Below, in pieces: positions 31,002 through 40,918 of a stretch of 64,000 nt of DNA; within the stretch, counting starts at the first letter, position 1; each line of letters opens with the position of its first letter. The stretch spans positions 90,462 through 154,461 of the forward strand of contig CAVOVZ010000005.1 in assembly GCA_963699985.1 (NCBI GenBank), read 5' to 3'. The DNA comes from Terriglobia bacterium (GTDB lineage Bacteria > Acidobacteriota > Polarisedimenticolia > Polarisedimenticolales > CAVOVZ01). The notes beneath the pieces were generated by a model. That model worked only from the letters and a program-made list of their open reading frames with translations. It searched no databases and had not been told where the DNA came from. Both the position numbers and the translations under genes were made by a program.

Positions 31002-31897
31002 GCCAGATCTGGAACCGTTTCCGCTTCTTCGTCTCGGACGCGGTCGACGAGTGGAGGTACAGCCCCGGGGTGAATCTCCTTGCGACGTTCACGCTGGCGT
31101 TTGCCCTGCTTCTCGCAGGGCTCGCCCTCGTGGTGCTCGCGAACGTCGGGGGCTGGATCGAGCGGCTGAAGAGCGAAAGCCCCGTGCACGTTTTCCTTCG
31201 GGACGACATTCCTGCTGAGAGCCGCGCGGAGCTGGAGGCGCGCCTTCGATCGGCTCCCGGCGTCGCGAGCGTCGCGTACGTCGACAAGGAAGAAGCACTA
31301 CGCCGATTCCGTGTCTCTTTCGGCGATCTCGCGGAAGCGACCGCGGAGCTCGGCGGGAATCCTCTTCCCGCCTCGATGGAGATCGCCCTGTCTCCGGGCG
31401 AGGAGGGCGCGCGCGCAGCGGAAAGCCTGGTCCGTAGTTTTTCCGAAGCGGAGGGGGTCGAAGACGTGCGCTACGACCGCGCCTGGCTGGACCGTGTGGA
31501 CGCAATCCTGAAGGTCGCGCGTGGTGGAGGAGCCGGTCTTGGCTTGCTGGTGTTCGGTGCGGTTTCATTCGTGATGGCCAGCGTGCTGCGGCTCGCGGTC
31601 TACGCCCGAAGGGACGAGATCGAGATCATGCTCCTCGTGGGTGCCTCGCCGATGCTCGTGCGCGGGCCCTTCCTCGTCGCCGGCGTCGTGCAGGGTTTCG
31701 TCGCCTCCGTCATTTCGCTCGGGATGTTGGAAGTGATGCGCCGTGCGGCCCTCGTGTGGGCGGAGGCTCGCCCCGGCGCGATCTCGACTCTCCTCATCGG
31801 TCGCCCCCTCGGGCCGCCGTTCGAGCTCCTCATCGTCGCGGTCGGATGCGCCGTCGGTCTGGCGGGGTCGTACCTCGCGGTTCGACGCTTCTCCTGA
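30998..31897 (+). CDS. ftsX: Cell division permease FtsX
   Basis: Four-TM layout; YVDKEEALRRF, NPLPAS, RRDEIEIMLLVGA and VRGPF motifs. Confidence 0.9.
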   Translation: MSQIWNRFRFFVSDAVDEWRYSPGVNLLATFTLAFALLLAGLALVVLANVGGWIERLKSESPVHVFLRDDIPAESRAELEARLRSAPGVASVAYVDKEEALRRFRVSFGDLAEATAELGGNPLPASMEIALSPGEEGARAAESLVRSFSEAEGVEDVRYDRAWLDRVDAILKVARGGGAGLGLLVFGAVSFVMASVLRLAVYARRDEIEIMLLVGASPMLVRGPFLVAGVVQGFVASVISLGMLEVMRRAALVWAEARPGAISTLLIGRPLGPPFELLIVAVGCAVGLAGSYLAVRRFS

Positions 31898-32018
31898 CCG
31901 CCACCGCGAGCCGCCGCACGAGTGCTCCCGACGGTGAACGGCCTGCCGCATCATGCCGCCGTTTCCGCCAACCGCGGGGACCTCGAGGAAACCCCGACCA
32001 GCACCACGGAGACGCGCG

Positions 32019-35003
32019 TCAGTAGTCGAAGACGATGTAGAAGTCCATCCGGCGCCCCCCCTGGTCCCCCTCGACGGGGACCAGGTTGCGACACAGGGGG
32101 TCCGTCGGATCGCAGACGAAACGAGTGTAGGAGGCGCGGTTCGCCCAAGACCAGTTGAACTGAAGGCCTCCCAGGAAGAAGAACTGAAATCCGAAGCCGT
32201 ACGAGCCGCGAGCGTCCTGCAACCGATCGTTCTGCGAGTCCCAGAAACCGAACCCGGGGTTCGAGCGGACCGCGCCGGCGAGCAGCTCCGGGTCATAGAA
32301 CGACCCGTTTTGGAACCACGCGGCTCCGAGATCGGCGAACAGGAATCCGCGGATCGATCGGATGCCGAGGAACGGGAACTGGAGGACATCCACGAGAGGA
32401 TACCGAAGCTCCAGATTCGTCCAGAACATGCGGGAGCCGAAGAACTCCCGGAAGTCGTACCCGCGAAGCTGGTTGATGCCGCCGAGGGAGTAGTACGTCT
32501 CTCGCTCCCCAGCGCCGTACACTCCGGCCAGTCGGAATGCCAGAAGCGACCGACGGGTGAGCTGACGATATCCGCGAAAGTCGAGACGGTACTCCTGGAT
32601 GTTGCCGTACGCGTCTCCGCCGACGTTCAGCCCGTAGAACGCGCCGACGGTGAAGCGCTTTCCGTGCAAGGGGCCGAACGACTGGTAACGCGTGGTGTCT
32701 CCAACGAGTGAAGCTTCGAAGGTGATGAAGCGATCCGTGATCGTCGCGAAGAGAGGCTGCGGGAACCCGAGCGACGTATCCGTGCCGATCAGGTAATCCT
32801 GGGATCGGTCGAGATAGCCTACAGTTCCATCGACTCGGTAGTAACGGTTGAGCGGTCGTTCCAAGAAGAACGTCACACCTGTCGTTCGCTGGATCTGGTC
32901 CTGCTCTCCGAAGCCGCTGTTGTACTGCACGTAGAAATCCCTGTAGTCGAACAGCGAAGCTCCCCAGCGCGTCCGGCGCCGGAGGTTGTAGTACGTCGTC
33001 GCGAAGTTGGAGAAGGTCGAGACGCTGTACGCGAGAATCTGGAATCGCTGGTCGCCCAGGAGGTCGGAGAACTGGACCGCGGCGTTGGCCAGGAAGGTCC
33101 CATCGTTGGTGACTCCAACGGAGAAAGATGGTCGATCGATGTCCCAGCGGACCTTGTACGGGCGCATTTTGTCGGCGTCGAGAGTGAGGCGGAGCGGCGG
33201 CTCGTAGGGCTCCGCGTCCGTCGGGCCCCCCGCGCTCTCGGCGGAGGCCACCGTGGCGTCGGATTGCCGCACCGGCATGCGAAAAAGTCGGAAGGTCCCC
33301 TCGAAGAACGCGGCGAACACCAGGTAGGGCTCGCCATCCCGTTCCGCCATCTCCACCGGACTGAAGCAGCCGCCGACGACGTCCGTGATCTGGCGAATCT
33401 CTCCCGATGCCAGGTTGAGGACGTGGATGTTGAACACGCCGTAGCCGCCCCGGTCCGATGCGTAGTACACGGACTTCTGATCTCGGGAGTACGCGGGCTG
33501 GATGTCCAGGGAGTTCCCGAACGTGAGCTGCGTTTTTCTCGAGGGATCGGTCAGGTCCACCGAGAAGACCTTCCACGCGGCTCCGATCCGGCGGTTGTAC
33601 AGAAGCGACTTTCCGTCCGGAGCGTACCAGGGGTTTCCGTCGAAGAAGTCGTCCTGCGTCAGGTTGCGGATCTCGCCGTTCTCGAGATCCACCTCCAGGA
33701 TGTCCACGATTCCGTCACGGTTGCCCTCGAACGCCACACGGCGACCGTCCGGGGAGAAGCAAGGGCTTGCAGCCGCCGCGATGCCCTCCAGATCGATGCG
33801 CTTTTCCAGGGTTCCCTTCAGGGCGTCGAACAGGAACAGCGGCCGGGCGTTCTCGCGCCGCGCGAAAACCGCCAACAGGTCTCCAGACGGGGACCAGGAC
33901 AGATCGCGGCGGCCCTGGAACGCTTCCGCCACCAGGTGCTGGTAGGCGTTCGTCCATCCCTTGGTCACGTTTCGGACCTTGGATCCGTCCTCGGCGGAGA
34001 GGACCAGAAGGTCGAGCTCCAAACGCGTGGGGCTGCCAAGCACGGCGACCAGCTCCCCCGAAGGCGACAGCGCAGGGGCGAAGGTGAACACCCCTCTTTT
34101 CTTGATGCCGATCTCTTTCCCGTAGTCCTCGGGCGCCTTCTTCTCCAGGAGGACCGGCACGAACTTGCGACGGAGATAGCGGTTGAATCGCCGGTTGAAT
34201 TCGTCGACGTCGTAGCCGAACGCCTCCTTGATGGCCTTCTCCACGCTTCCCGTGAGCAGGACTTTCCGGTACTCATAGATGAAGTTGCGGAACCCTTCTT
34301 TCCCGTGCTCCTGCTCGATGAAATCGAAGATCCCGTGGCCGTACCGGTAGGCGAGAAACGTGGCGTCACCCAGCTCTTGGATGGAGGGCAGCACGTTGTT
34401 CACGACCGCATCCCGCAACGCCATCGTGTCCAGGGTGTCCTCGTCCTTGGCGAGATACGAGGCCATCCCCTCCATGAACCAGGCTGGAGCGTTGGCGCGG
34501 AGGGCGCGACCCAGGTAGCCCTCGAAGAAAATCGAAAACTGGAAGATGTGCGTGAGCTCGTGCGCGATGAGAGCGGCGAGCTTGTCCGGCGGTTGATCAA
34601 TGGGCAGGACCATCCGATTCTGAACCGGCTCCGCAAACGCACCCACGTTCTCGCCGACCTCTCCGAGGTCGACGTTGGTCTGCTCGAACTCCGCGTGGGT
34701 TCTGTAGATGATCAGCGGCACCCGAAACCGCAGCTCGTGGTCCAGGTCCCGACTGATTCGCAGATATGCGCTCTCCGCGTACGAGACCACGTCTTCCAGC
34801 GAGATCTCGTCCGCACCGTAGTAGTGGATGTCGAAATGAGGCGAAGCGTATATTTTCCATTGAAATCGATCGTACGCGATCTTGTTTTGTCCGAATCCGT
34901 CGAACTGGGCAGGCGTGAGGGACAACTCGCCCGAGGCGCAGAAGAGCACCAGGACTCCCGCCCAGAATGCTGCATGGCCCCGCTGCGACTTCGCTGTTCT
35001 CAC
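32019..35003 (-). CDS. Omp85-superfamily outer-membrane protein with N-terminal zinc peptidase-like and PD40/TolB beta-propeller domains
   Basis: FGQNK; HELTH...WFMEGMASY; repeated xSPDG/WSPSG blades; C-terminal barrel with LRGY and FADLG Omp85 motifs and terminal Tyr. GTG start chosen from a GAGGAGG RBS. Confidence 0.82.
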   Translation of the reverse strand: MRTAKSQRGHAAFWAGVLVLFCASGELSLTPAQFDGFGQNKIAYDRFQWKIYASPHFDIHYYGADEISLEDVVSYAESAYLRISRDLDHELRFRVPLIIYRTHAEFEQTNVDLGEVGENVGAFAEPVQNRMVLPIDQPPDKLAALIAHELTHIFQFSIFFEGYLGRALRANAPAWFMEGMASYLAKDEDTLDTMALRDAVVNNVLPSIQELGDATFLAYRYGHGIFDFIEQEHGKEGFRNFIYEYRKVLLTGSVEKAIKEAFGYDVDEFNRRFNRYLRRKFVPVLLEKKAPEDYGKEIGIKKRGVFTFAPALSPSGELVAVLGSPTRLELDLLVLSAEDGSKVRNVTKGWTNAYQHLVAEAFQGRRDLSWSPSGDLLAVFARRENARPLFLFDALKGTLEKRIDLEGIAAAASPCFSPDGRRVAFEGNRDGIVDILEVDLENGEIRNLTQDDFFDGNPWYAPDGKSLLYNRRIGAAWKVFSVDLTDPSRKTQLTFGNSLDIQPAYSRDQKSVYYASDRGGYGVFNIHVLNLASGEIRQITDVVGGCFSPVEMAERDGEPYLVFAAFFEGTFRLFRMPVRQSDATVASAESAGGPTDAEPYEPPLRLTLDADKMRPYKVRWDIDRPSFSVGVTNDGTFLANAAVQFSDLLGDQRFQILAYSVSTFSNFATTYYNLRRRTRWGASLFDYRDFYVQYNSGFGEQDQIQRTTGVTFFLERPLNRYYRVDGTVGYLDRSQDYLIGTDTSLGFPQPLFATITDRFITFEASLVGDTTRYQSFGPLHGKRFTVGAFYGLNVGGDAYGNIQEYRLDFRGYRQLTRRSLLAFRLAGVYGAGERETYYSLGGINQLRGYDFREFFGSRMFWTNLELRYPLVDVLQFPFLGIRSIRGFLFADLGAAWFQNGSFYDPELLAGAVRSNPGFGFWDSQNDRLQDARGSYGFGFQFFFLGGLQFNWSWANRASYTRFVCDPTDPLCRNLVPVEGDQGGRRMDFYIVFDY

Positions 35004-35041
35004 CTGTATCGCCCTCCTCTCGGCGTCCGGCGATCCGGGCG

Positions 35042-36070
35042 CTATTTCCGGAAGAGCCAACGAGGTTCGTCGCGCGTGCCCTGGGACAGGGCGGGGAGCA
35101 GATCGACCGATGCGGCTCCGACCAGTTCGTAGAACGCCGTGATCGGATCGTTGGACAGGCCGACGAACGTCACGGCCCGCCGCACCCGGTCGCGAAGTCG
35201 GAGCTCTCCGGTGGCGCCGTTCATGAACAACGCGTCGATTTCCAGGGAGAACTGCTCCCGCTCGACGAACCGGGTCTGGCGGATCTTCTGGCCGGTCACC
35301 GGACTGACCACGTCGACGTCCTGGAAACCCGAGGCGTCCCGACGGCTGAATCGTGCGAAACCCGAAACGATCAGGTCGGAGCCGTACTCGCGCCCGAGGT
35401 GCTTCCAGAACTCGACGTTCGACGCCAGATCGTCCACCAGCTGCTCGGGGACCGGCGGGTTCGGCGTCACGTCTTGGACTTCGAGCGCGGTGCGTTTCCG
35501 GAGTTCGCCTCGCAGATAGCGGACGAGCTCGCGGTTCGTATCGAGGAGCTCCGTCTCTTCCGTGAGGAAGCTCGCCACCAGCAGCGTTTTTACTCCAGAG
35601 AGGTCCAGTCGAGCGGGTACGGGTAGTCGTACCGTCACCTCGACGGTCTTGCGCTTCTTGGCGGTGGCGTCGAGAGGCTCCGATTCCCCCGAAGCCTCGC
35701 CGGTCTCCGAGGGCCTGCCCAATCGCGCCTGAGAGACCTTCAGCCGGGCCAAGTTGTCGGCTGTCGCCTTGTTCCCGGCGGAAAGCTCGATCGCCCGTTG
35801 GTAGTACCTCTCCGCAGCGGCCGGGTCACCGAGCGCCTCGCTGGCCACCCCCAGGTTGTTCTGGAGTCCCGGATTGCTCGGCTCGATTGCTGTCGCCCTT
35901 TCCCAGCGGAACCTGGCTTCCCGCCAATTCCCTTTCCGGGCCATCTCCACGCCGAAGCGGAGGAGGGCGTCCGGATTCTCCGCGTCGCCCGCGGACGCCA
36001 TGCCGCAGACCTGGAGAAGATAGACGCTGACGATGACGGCGGCCGAGTTCACTCGTTTCCGATTGACCAT
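35042..36070 (-). CDS. Exported TPR-repeat protein
   Basis: Signal-like N-terminus; TPRs (WREARFRWERA, NNLGVASEALG...AERYYQRA); C-terminal alpha/beta domain. Confidence 0.75.
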   Translation of the reverse strand: MVNRKRVNSAAVIVSVYLLQVCGMASAGDAENPDALLRFGVEMARKGNWREARFRWERATAIEPSNPGLQNNLGVASEALGDPAAAERYYQRAIELSAGNKATADNLARLKVSQARLGRPSETGEASGESEPLDATAKKRKTVEVTVRLPVPARLDLSGVKTLLVASFLTEETELLDTNRELVRYLRGELRKRTALEVQDVTPNPPVPEQLVDDLASNVEFWKHLGREYGSDLIVSGFARFSRRDASGFQDVDVVSPVTGQKIRQTRFVEREQFSLEIDALFMNGATGELRLRDRVRRAVTFVGLSNDPITAFYELVGAASVDLLPALSQGTRDEPRWLFRK

Positions 36071-36142
36071 TCTGATCCGGCCCCGAACGTCGGAAAGATT
36101 CAGCAGCCGCGCCACAATCGATGGATGAGTATACTATCAGCA

Positions 36143-37426
36143 ATGCCGATGGATCACCGTCGTGTGAGGACCTCGATCGGACCGATCCGCGCCGTCTTCC
36201 GTTCGGTTCCCTCGAAGAGTGTCACGCACCGGGCCCTGGTCGCGGCAGCGCTCGCCCGTGGTTCCAGCGTCCTTCAGGATCCCCTCGATGCGGAAGATAC
36301 CCGCCACACTCGCGCCGGTCTCGAAGCCATCGGCTTTCGCGTGACCGAGGACGGGTCGAGGTGGCGGGTGGACGGGGGCGGCGGACGGGTATGCGGCGGC
36401 GGCGATCTCTTTTTGGGAGCGTCGGGAACGTCCATGCGCTTGCTGCTGGCGGTGGCTGCCCTCGGAGAACGGCCGACGCGTCTCGATGGCGACGCGCGGT
36501 TGCGCGCTCGCCCGCTTCGTGAGCTGGCGGACGCCCTCGTGGGACTCGGAGGGCGGCTCGTCGTGCGCGGCGACGCCGGCGGACTGCCGGTCGACGTCGG
36601 TGGATGTCCCATCCGGGGCGGATCCGTCCGCATTCCGGCGGGGCGGAGCAGTCAGTTCGCGAGCGCGATGCTCCTGATCGGCGCGCGGCTGCCGGGTGGA
36701 TTGGATCTTTCGCTCGATCCTCCCGTCGTCTCCCTCCCGTACGTCGAACTGACGTCTCGAGTGCTCGAGAGGTTCGGGGTCTCGATCGAGAGGATCGAAC
36801 CGCTACGATGGCGCATCGCGCCGCACGACTACGAAGGGATCTCGATGCGAATCGAGGGCGACCATTCCGCCGCATCCTACTTTCTCGCAGCGGCGGCGAT
36901 CGTCGGAGGGCGGGTTCGCATCGAGGGTCTGGATCCGGAAAGCGCGCAAGCCGATGCCCGACTGGGAGGGATCTTGGCCGAGGCAGGATGCGTTGTGAGC
37001 CACGGTGCGGACTGGATCGAGGTCGAGGGAACCGGAACGCTGCCTCCGTTCGATCTGGATCTCGGCGGTGCTCCTGATCTCGTCCCCACCCTCGCGGTTC
37101 TGGGAATGTTCTCCCACGGCCGCACAGTCCTTCGGGGCGTGGGGCACCTAAGGGTCAAGGAATCGGATCGGCTCGAGGCACTCGCGCGGAATCTCCGCCG
37201 CCTCGGATGTCCGGCGAGCGAGATCGGAGACCGGCTCGAGATCGGGCCAGCCGATCATGGCCGGCTGCGCGGCGGGCTGCTCGACACTTCTTCCGACCAT
37301 CGGATCGCCATGGCGTTCGCGATTGCGGGGCTACGAATTCCAGGTGTCGTGATCGACGACAGAGGCTGTGTGGCGAAGTCATTCCCCTCGTTCTGGACGG
37401 AGTTCGAGCGGCTAGAGCGCTCGTGA
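36143..37426 (+). CDS. aroA: 3-phosphoshikimate 1-carboxyvinyltransferase (EPSP synthase)
   Basis: SKSVTHRAL, GASGTSMR, SSQFASA, RVKESDR, DHRIAMA and KSFPSF motifs. Start could be 36125, 36143 or 36149. Confidence 0.93.
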   Translation: MPMDHRRVRTSIGPIRAVFRSVPSKSVTHRALVAAALARGSSVLQDPLDAEDTRHTRAGLEAIGFRVTEDGSRWRVDGGGGRVCGGGDLFLGASGTSMRLLLAVAALGERPTRLDGDARLRARPLRELADALVGLGGRLVVRGDAGGLPVDVGGCPIRGGSVRIPAGRSSQFASAMLLIGARLPGGLDLSLDPPVVSLPYVELTSRVLERFGVSIERIEPLRWRIAPHDYEGISMRIEGDHSAASYFLAAAAIVGGRVRIEGLDPESAQADARLGGILAEAGCVVSHGADWIEVEGTGTLPPFDLDLGGAPDLVPTLAVLGMFSHGRTVLRGVGHLRVKESDRLEALARNLRRLGCPASEIGDRLEIGPADHGRLRGGLLDTSSDHRIAMAFAIAGLRIPGVVIDDRGCVAKSFPSFWTEFERLERS

Positions 37427-37481
37427 TACCAGAGTGCCGGAGTGGTGATCGGAGGCGCCCGTTGCCCGACGCCTCGTCAGA

Positions 37482-38771
37482 TCAGAACTGGAAGCTCACG
37501 CCAAAGCGCAGCGAATCCAGAGTCAAGTCCTTGGTCGAATACAGCCCCTGGGTGCCGAACCTGATTTTTTCCTCGCTCTCGGGAATCTGGAGCTCGAAGG
37601 GGAGGAGAATGACATCCTGGTAGGCCATTCGGCTCCACGCCACGTAGAGCACGAGACCTTCCGCCAGTCGCACGCGCGCACCGATTTCCGCTCCCAGGTT
37701 CCATGCCGTCTTTTCGAGAGTCTGGTCGATGCGAGCGTCGGCCGCGATTTCCGGAGGATTCTCGCCGGTTGTTTGACTGACGAGCGTGAAAAAGTCTCCA
37801 GAGTCCACGTTGAGTGTCGTGATGAGGAACGCGAATCGGGCCTCGCCGAACAGCTCGAGGCGATTCCGGAACAACCGGCGCCGCAGCTCGAGCGAACCGG
37901 TCGGCCCCAGACCCGACGTATCCTGATTGAAGCTGAGGAGACGCACAGCCGACCCTTCCGTGTACCCGCCGCTGATCGAGGACGAGGAGGTGCTCAGCCA
38001 GGCGGCCGCGGGGAGGTTGCCCTGATAGACGAGATAGCGCAATCCGCACGAGTAGCGGGCTCCCCAGAGTCGACCCCCGAAATCCCGCAGGAACAAGAAA
38101 TCGGTCGTTTGGATTCGATTCTGGGCGTTGTCCGGAACAGACGTGGCGGTCACCAGATCCGGATTCTCCGGGTCGTAGACAATCTCGTCATCCTGGAGCG
38201 CGCCGTCGAGTATGTCCTCCCCAGTGATCGGATCCGGCCGCAACTGATCCTCCCACGTCGGAGGAATGAGTTGAGAATCGACCCGACCGTCCCGGGCCGT
38301 CACGTGCCACCACGGGAGGTTCGTCGACGGAACATCGGTCGTTCCCTTCACCGCCTTCCGAAGGCCGGTCGCCTCGAGCGTGTATGAGTCCTCGCTGTAG
38401 CCTGTGAAGACGATCCGGAAGCTCCCGCGGTCGTACGGCAGCTTCCATCCGATCGCGGCGCGACCGGTGAGAACTTCGTCCAAGCGGAGCGTGTTCTCAC
38501 TGGTCCGGATCGACTGCGTCTGAACGGATGTGTCGAGATCCTCCGCGGATGAGCTGCCGCCGGCGGCCTCGACGAAGAGGGCGAACCGATCGCCCCAGAA
38601 CCCGACCTTCGTTTCACCCTTCTCATCCTTCTCATCGGTCGGTTTCGTGTCGGTCGACGGCGCTCCTTCGTCCGGTTTCGGCTCACCCTGGCCTTCCTGG
38701 GCCAGCAGTGGCGACCCTGTCGCGAAAGTGATCGTCAGAAGACCCGCAACCGCAAGCAAGCGCTTCAACAT
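37482..38771 (-). CDS. Outer-membrane beta-barrel protein, function unknown
   Basis: Signal peptide MLKRLLAVAG...LLA; alternating amphipathic strands; C-terminal beta-signal RFGVSFQF. Confidence 0.75.
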   Translation of the reverse strand: MLKRLLAVAGLLTITFATGSPLLAQEGQGEPKPDEGAPSTDTKPTDEKDEKGETKVGFWGDRFALFVEAAGGSSSAEDLDTSVQTQSIRTSENTLRLDEVLTGRAAIGWKLPYDRGSFRIVFTGYSEDSYTLEATGLRKAVKGTTDVPSTNLPWWHVTARDGRVDSQLIPPTWEDQLRPDPITGEDILDGALQDDEIVYDPENPDLVTATSVPDNAQNRIQTTDFLFLRDFGGRLWGARYSCGLRYLVYQGNLPAAAWLSTSSSSISGGYTEGSAVRLLSFNQDTSGLGPTGSLELRRRLFRNRLELFGEARFAFLITTLNVDSGDFFTLVSQTTGENPPEIAADARIDQTLEKTAWNLGAEIGARVRLAEGLVLYVAWSRMAYQDVILLPFELQIPESEEKIRFGTQGLYSTKDLTLDSLRFGVSFQF

Positions 38772-38855
38772 GGGTGATGCCCCCCTGCGGCCGGACCGGC
38801 CCCCGTTTCGCGCCCGCGACGGATCCGGCTCGATCGCTTCCTGCACAGAGCCTCC

Positions 38856-38885
38856 TATATAATGGGATCTGCTCGCGGGAGTCAA
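38856..38885 (-). promoter_or_regulatory. Putative sigma70 promoter of the beta-barrel gene
   Basis: TTGACT-N17/18-TTATAT/TATATA on the minus strand. Confidence 0.45.
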
Positions 38886-39031
38886 GGCGTTCGATCCATA
38901 GAGCGGCCGGCCGCAGCGTTTCCTGCTGCATTCTTGCAGTGCCGGGGAACAGCTCGTGGTATGATCCGACCGCTCTTTTCTGAGTTTCGAGGGCCGCGAG
39001 ACGACGCCGCGCGGAAACCGGGTTTCCTCAG

Positions 39032-40411
39032 GTGCGGATACAGAAGACGGCTGCCGACACGATCGGATCGTGGCTCGACCAGACGCTCCAGGAGCGCCCC
39101 GCTGATCCCGCCATGATGGTCCGAGTCGGACCGAGGTGGGAGACGCTGTGTCGAAGCGAGCTCCGGGAGAGAGTCCGCGAGATCGCTGCGGCACTCCGGG
39201 CCTACGGTGCGGAGCCCGGGGATCTCGTCGCGATCCTCTCTCCTCCGCGTCTGGAAGCGGCGATCGTGGATCTTGCGATCCACCTGGTCGGTGGGGTCGG
39301 GCTGGCGCTCGATCCAGGGCTCGGAGAGTCCGATCTCCTCGGGGTCCTCAGGCGGGTGCGCCCCCGCCAAGTTCTGGTTTCGGACACGCGACAACTCGAC
39401 AAGATCGTGGCGATTCGTCCAGAACTGGCCAGCCTAGAGATCGTGCTCCTATTCGACGCGCCTCTCGGAGATCGCCGCACCGCCGCAACGTCTCTGAAAG
39501 ACGCTCTTGCCGTCGGTACCGAGGTTCTTGCCAGAGATCCGACACTCCTGGATGGCGCGCGCGTCGCGAGTGGGGAACACCCCGCCCGACTCATCGCACG
39601 CCGGGCTCGCGGAGAGCCTGAGGATGTGGTCCTGAGCCAAGCGAATCTGATCGCCGGCACACGAGCTCTCGCCGGCGCTCTTCCCCTGGGACCTGACGAC
39701 GTTGTCTTGTCTTCGTTGCCCGTGACGCGCGCGTCACGGCACGAATTGGAGCTTCTCTGCCTCTTTCGAGGAGCTGTCCTCGCAACGGCGGGTGATCCGG
39801 CGAAGATCGGCGATGACCTCGTTTCGCTTCGACCGACAATGCTCGTCGCAGCCAGCGATCACGTCGAGGAACTCGCCCGACGGATCGAGCCCGCCGTACG
39901 ATCCCGCGGTTGGCCGGTGCGGGCGGCGCTGGGCTGGGCAATCGAGCGGGGATCGATCCGGGCACGAGACGCGCTTGCCCGCGGGCAGATTCCAGTAGGC
40001 GGTGGCGGAATTTGGCGAGTGGCGGACCGGCTCGCGCTCGGACGGCTGCGGCTTGCCCATTTTGGAGGAAAGCTCCGCGTCCTCGTCTCCGTGGGGCGTC
40101 CGCTTCCTCCATCGGCGAGGAATCTCCTGTTCGCTTGTGGGTTCGTGGTTCTCGAAGGTTGGGACGTGGACGCAGCGTCCGGAATCGTCGCCTTGAACCG
40201 AATCGAGGCCGTGAAGCCGGGCACGGTCGGGCGCGTCCTCGACGGCGTCGAGATTCGAGCTGTCCCACCCGGCCGGATGTACTTGGGTGGCCCGATGGTC
40301 GCGACGGGCGAAAACCGAATCGGCGCGGGCCCCGTAGCATCCGGCAGGCGGATTGAAGGGGCGGCCGGAAGTGTTGATGCCGATGGCTTCCTCACTCTCG
40401 AGGCGCACTGA
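39032..40411 (+). CDS. AMP-binding (long-chain acyl-CoA synthetase-like) protein, degenerate and C-terminally truncated
   Basis: Overall FadD15-like order (GDLVAIL, VVLSQANL, LSSLP, FGGKLRVLVSVGRPL, KPGTVGR, DADGFLTL), but catalytic motifs have diverged. Extended -10 TGGTATGAT at 38957-38965. Confidence 0.7.
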   Translation: MRIQKTAADTIGSWLDQTLQERPADPAMMVRVGPRWETLCRSELRERVREIAAALRAYGAEPGDLVAILSPPRLEAAIVDLAIHLVGGVGLALDPGLGESDLLGVLRRVRPRQVLVSDTRQLDKIVAIRPELASLEIVLLFDAPLGDRRTAATSLKDALAVGTEVLARDPTLLDGARVASGEHPARLIARRARGEPEDVVLSQANLIAGTRALAGALPLGPDDVVLSSLPVTRASRHELELLCLFRGAVLATAGDPAKIGDDLVSLRPTMLVAASDHVEELARRIEPAVRSRGWPVRAALGWAIERGSIRARDALARGQIPVGGGGIWRVADRLALGRLRLAHFGGKLRVLVSVGRPLPPSARNLLFACGFVVLEGWDVDAASGIVALNRIEAVKPGTVGRVLDGVEIRAVPPGRMYLGGPMVATGENRIGAGPVASGRRIEGAAGSVDADGFLTLEAH

Positions 40412-40918
40412 GCGTGCGCCCGTCAAACTCGTCTCGCTGCGCCGTCGTGACTGCCCGCGACGACCTCCGCGGCACCCTGCGACAGCGGGACGTTCCAGGG
40501 TCGGCGGAGTCGAGCGAACCCAGCGCCTTCCGAGGCTTCTCACCCTGGAACCATCGAACCCGGTTCCCGGAGAAACGCCTGCTTCGCACCTCGTTGCACC
40601 GTCGCTCGCGAATCCTAGAACCTCGCTTCGTTTCCATCTACTTCGTTCGATGAGCGCTTGATCCAGGGATGACCGGCGGATCTGGGGCGACGCGCTTCTG
40701 TTGGCCCGATCATTGCTTTCACGATGCAGGAGATCAGGAGCACCGCGAATGCGATCCGATCCTGCGACGGCCCCCGGTGGCGGCCGCGAGTCGACGCTCC
40801 CGGGATGGCGGTTGAGCCAGGCGTCCGCCGAGAACCTGTGAATCCGATGGGTCAACCGCGGAAAACGCCAGGTGTGCTTCTCGCGTGGCGACTCGCTTGG
40901 GCCCAGGCGGAAACCAGC

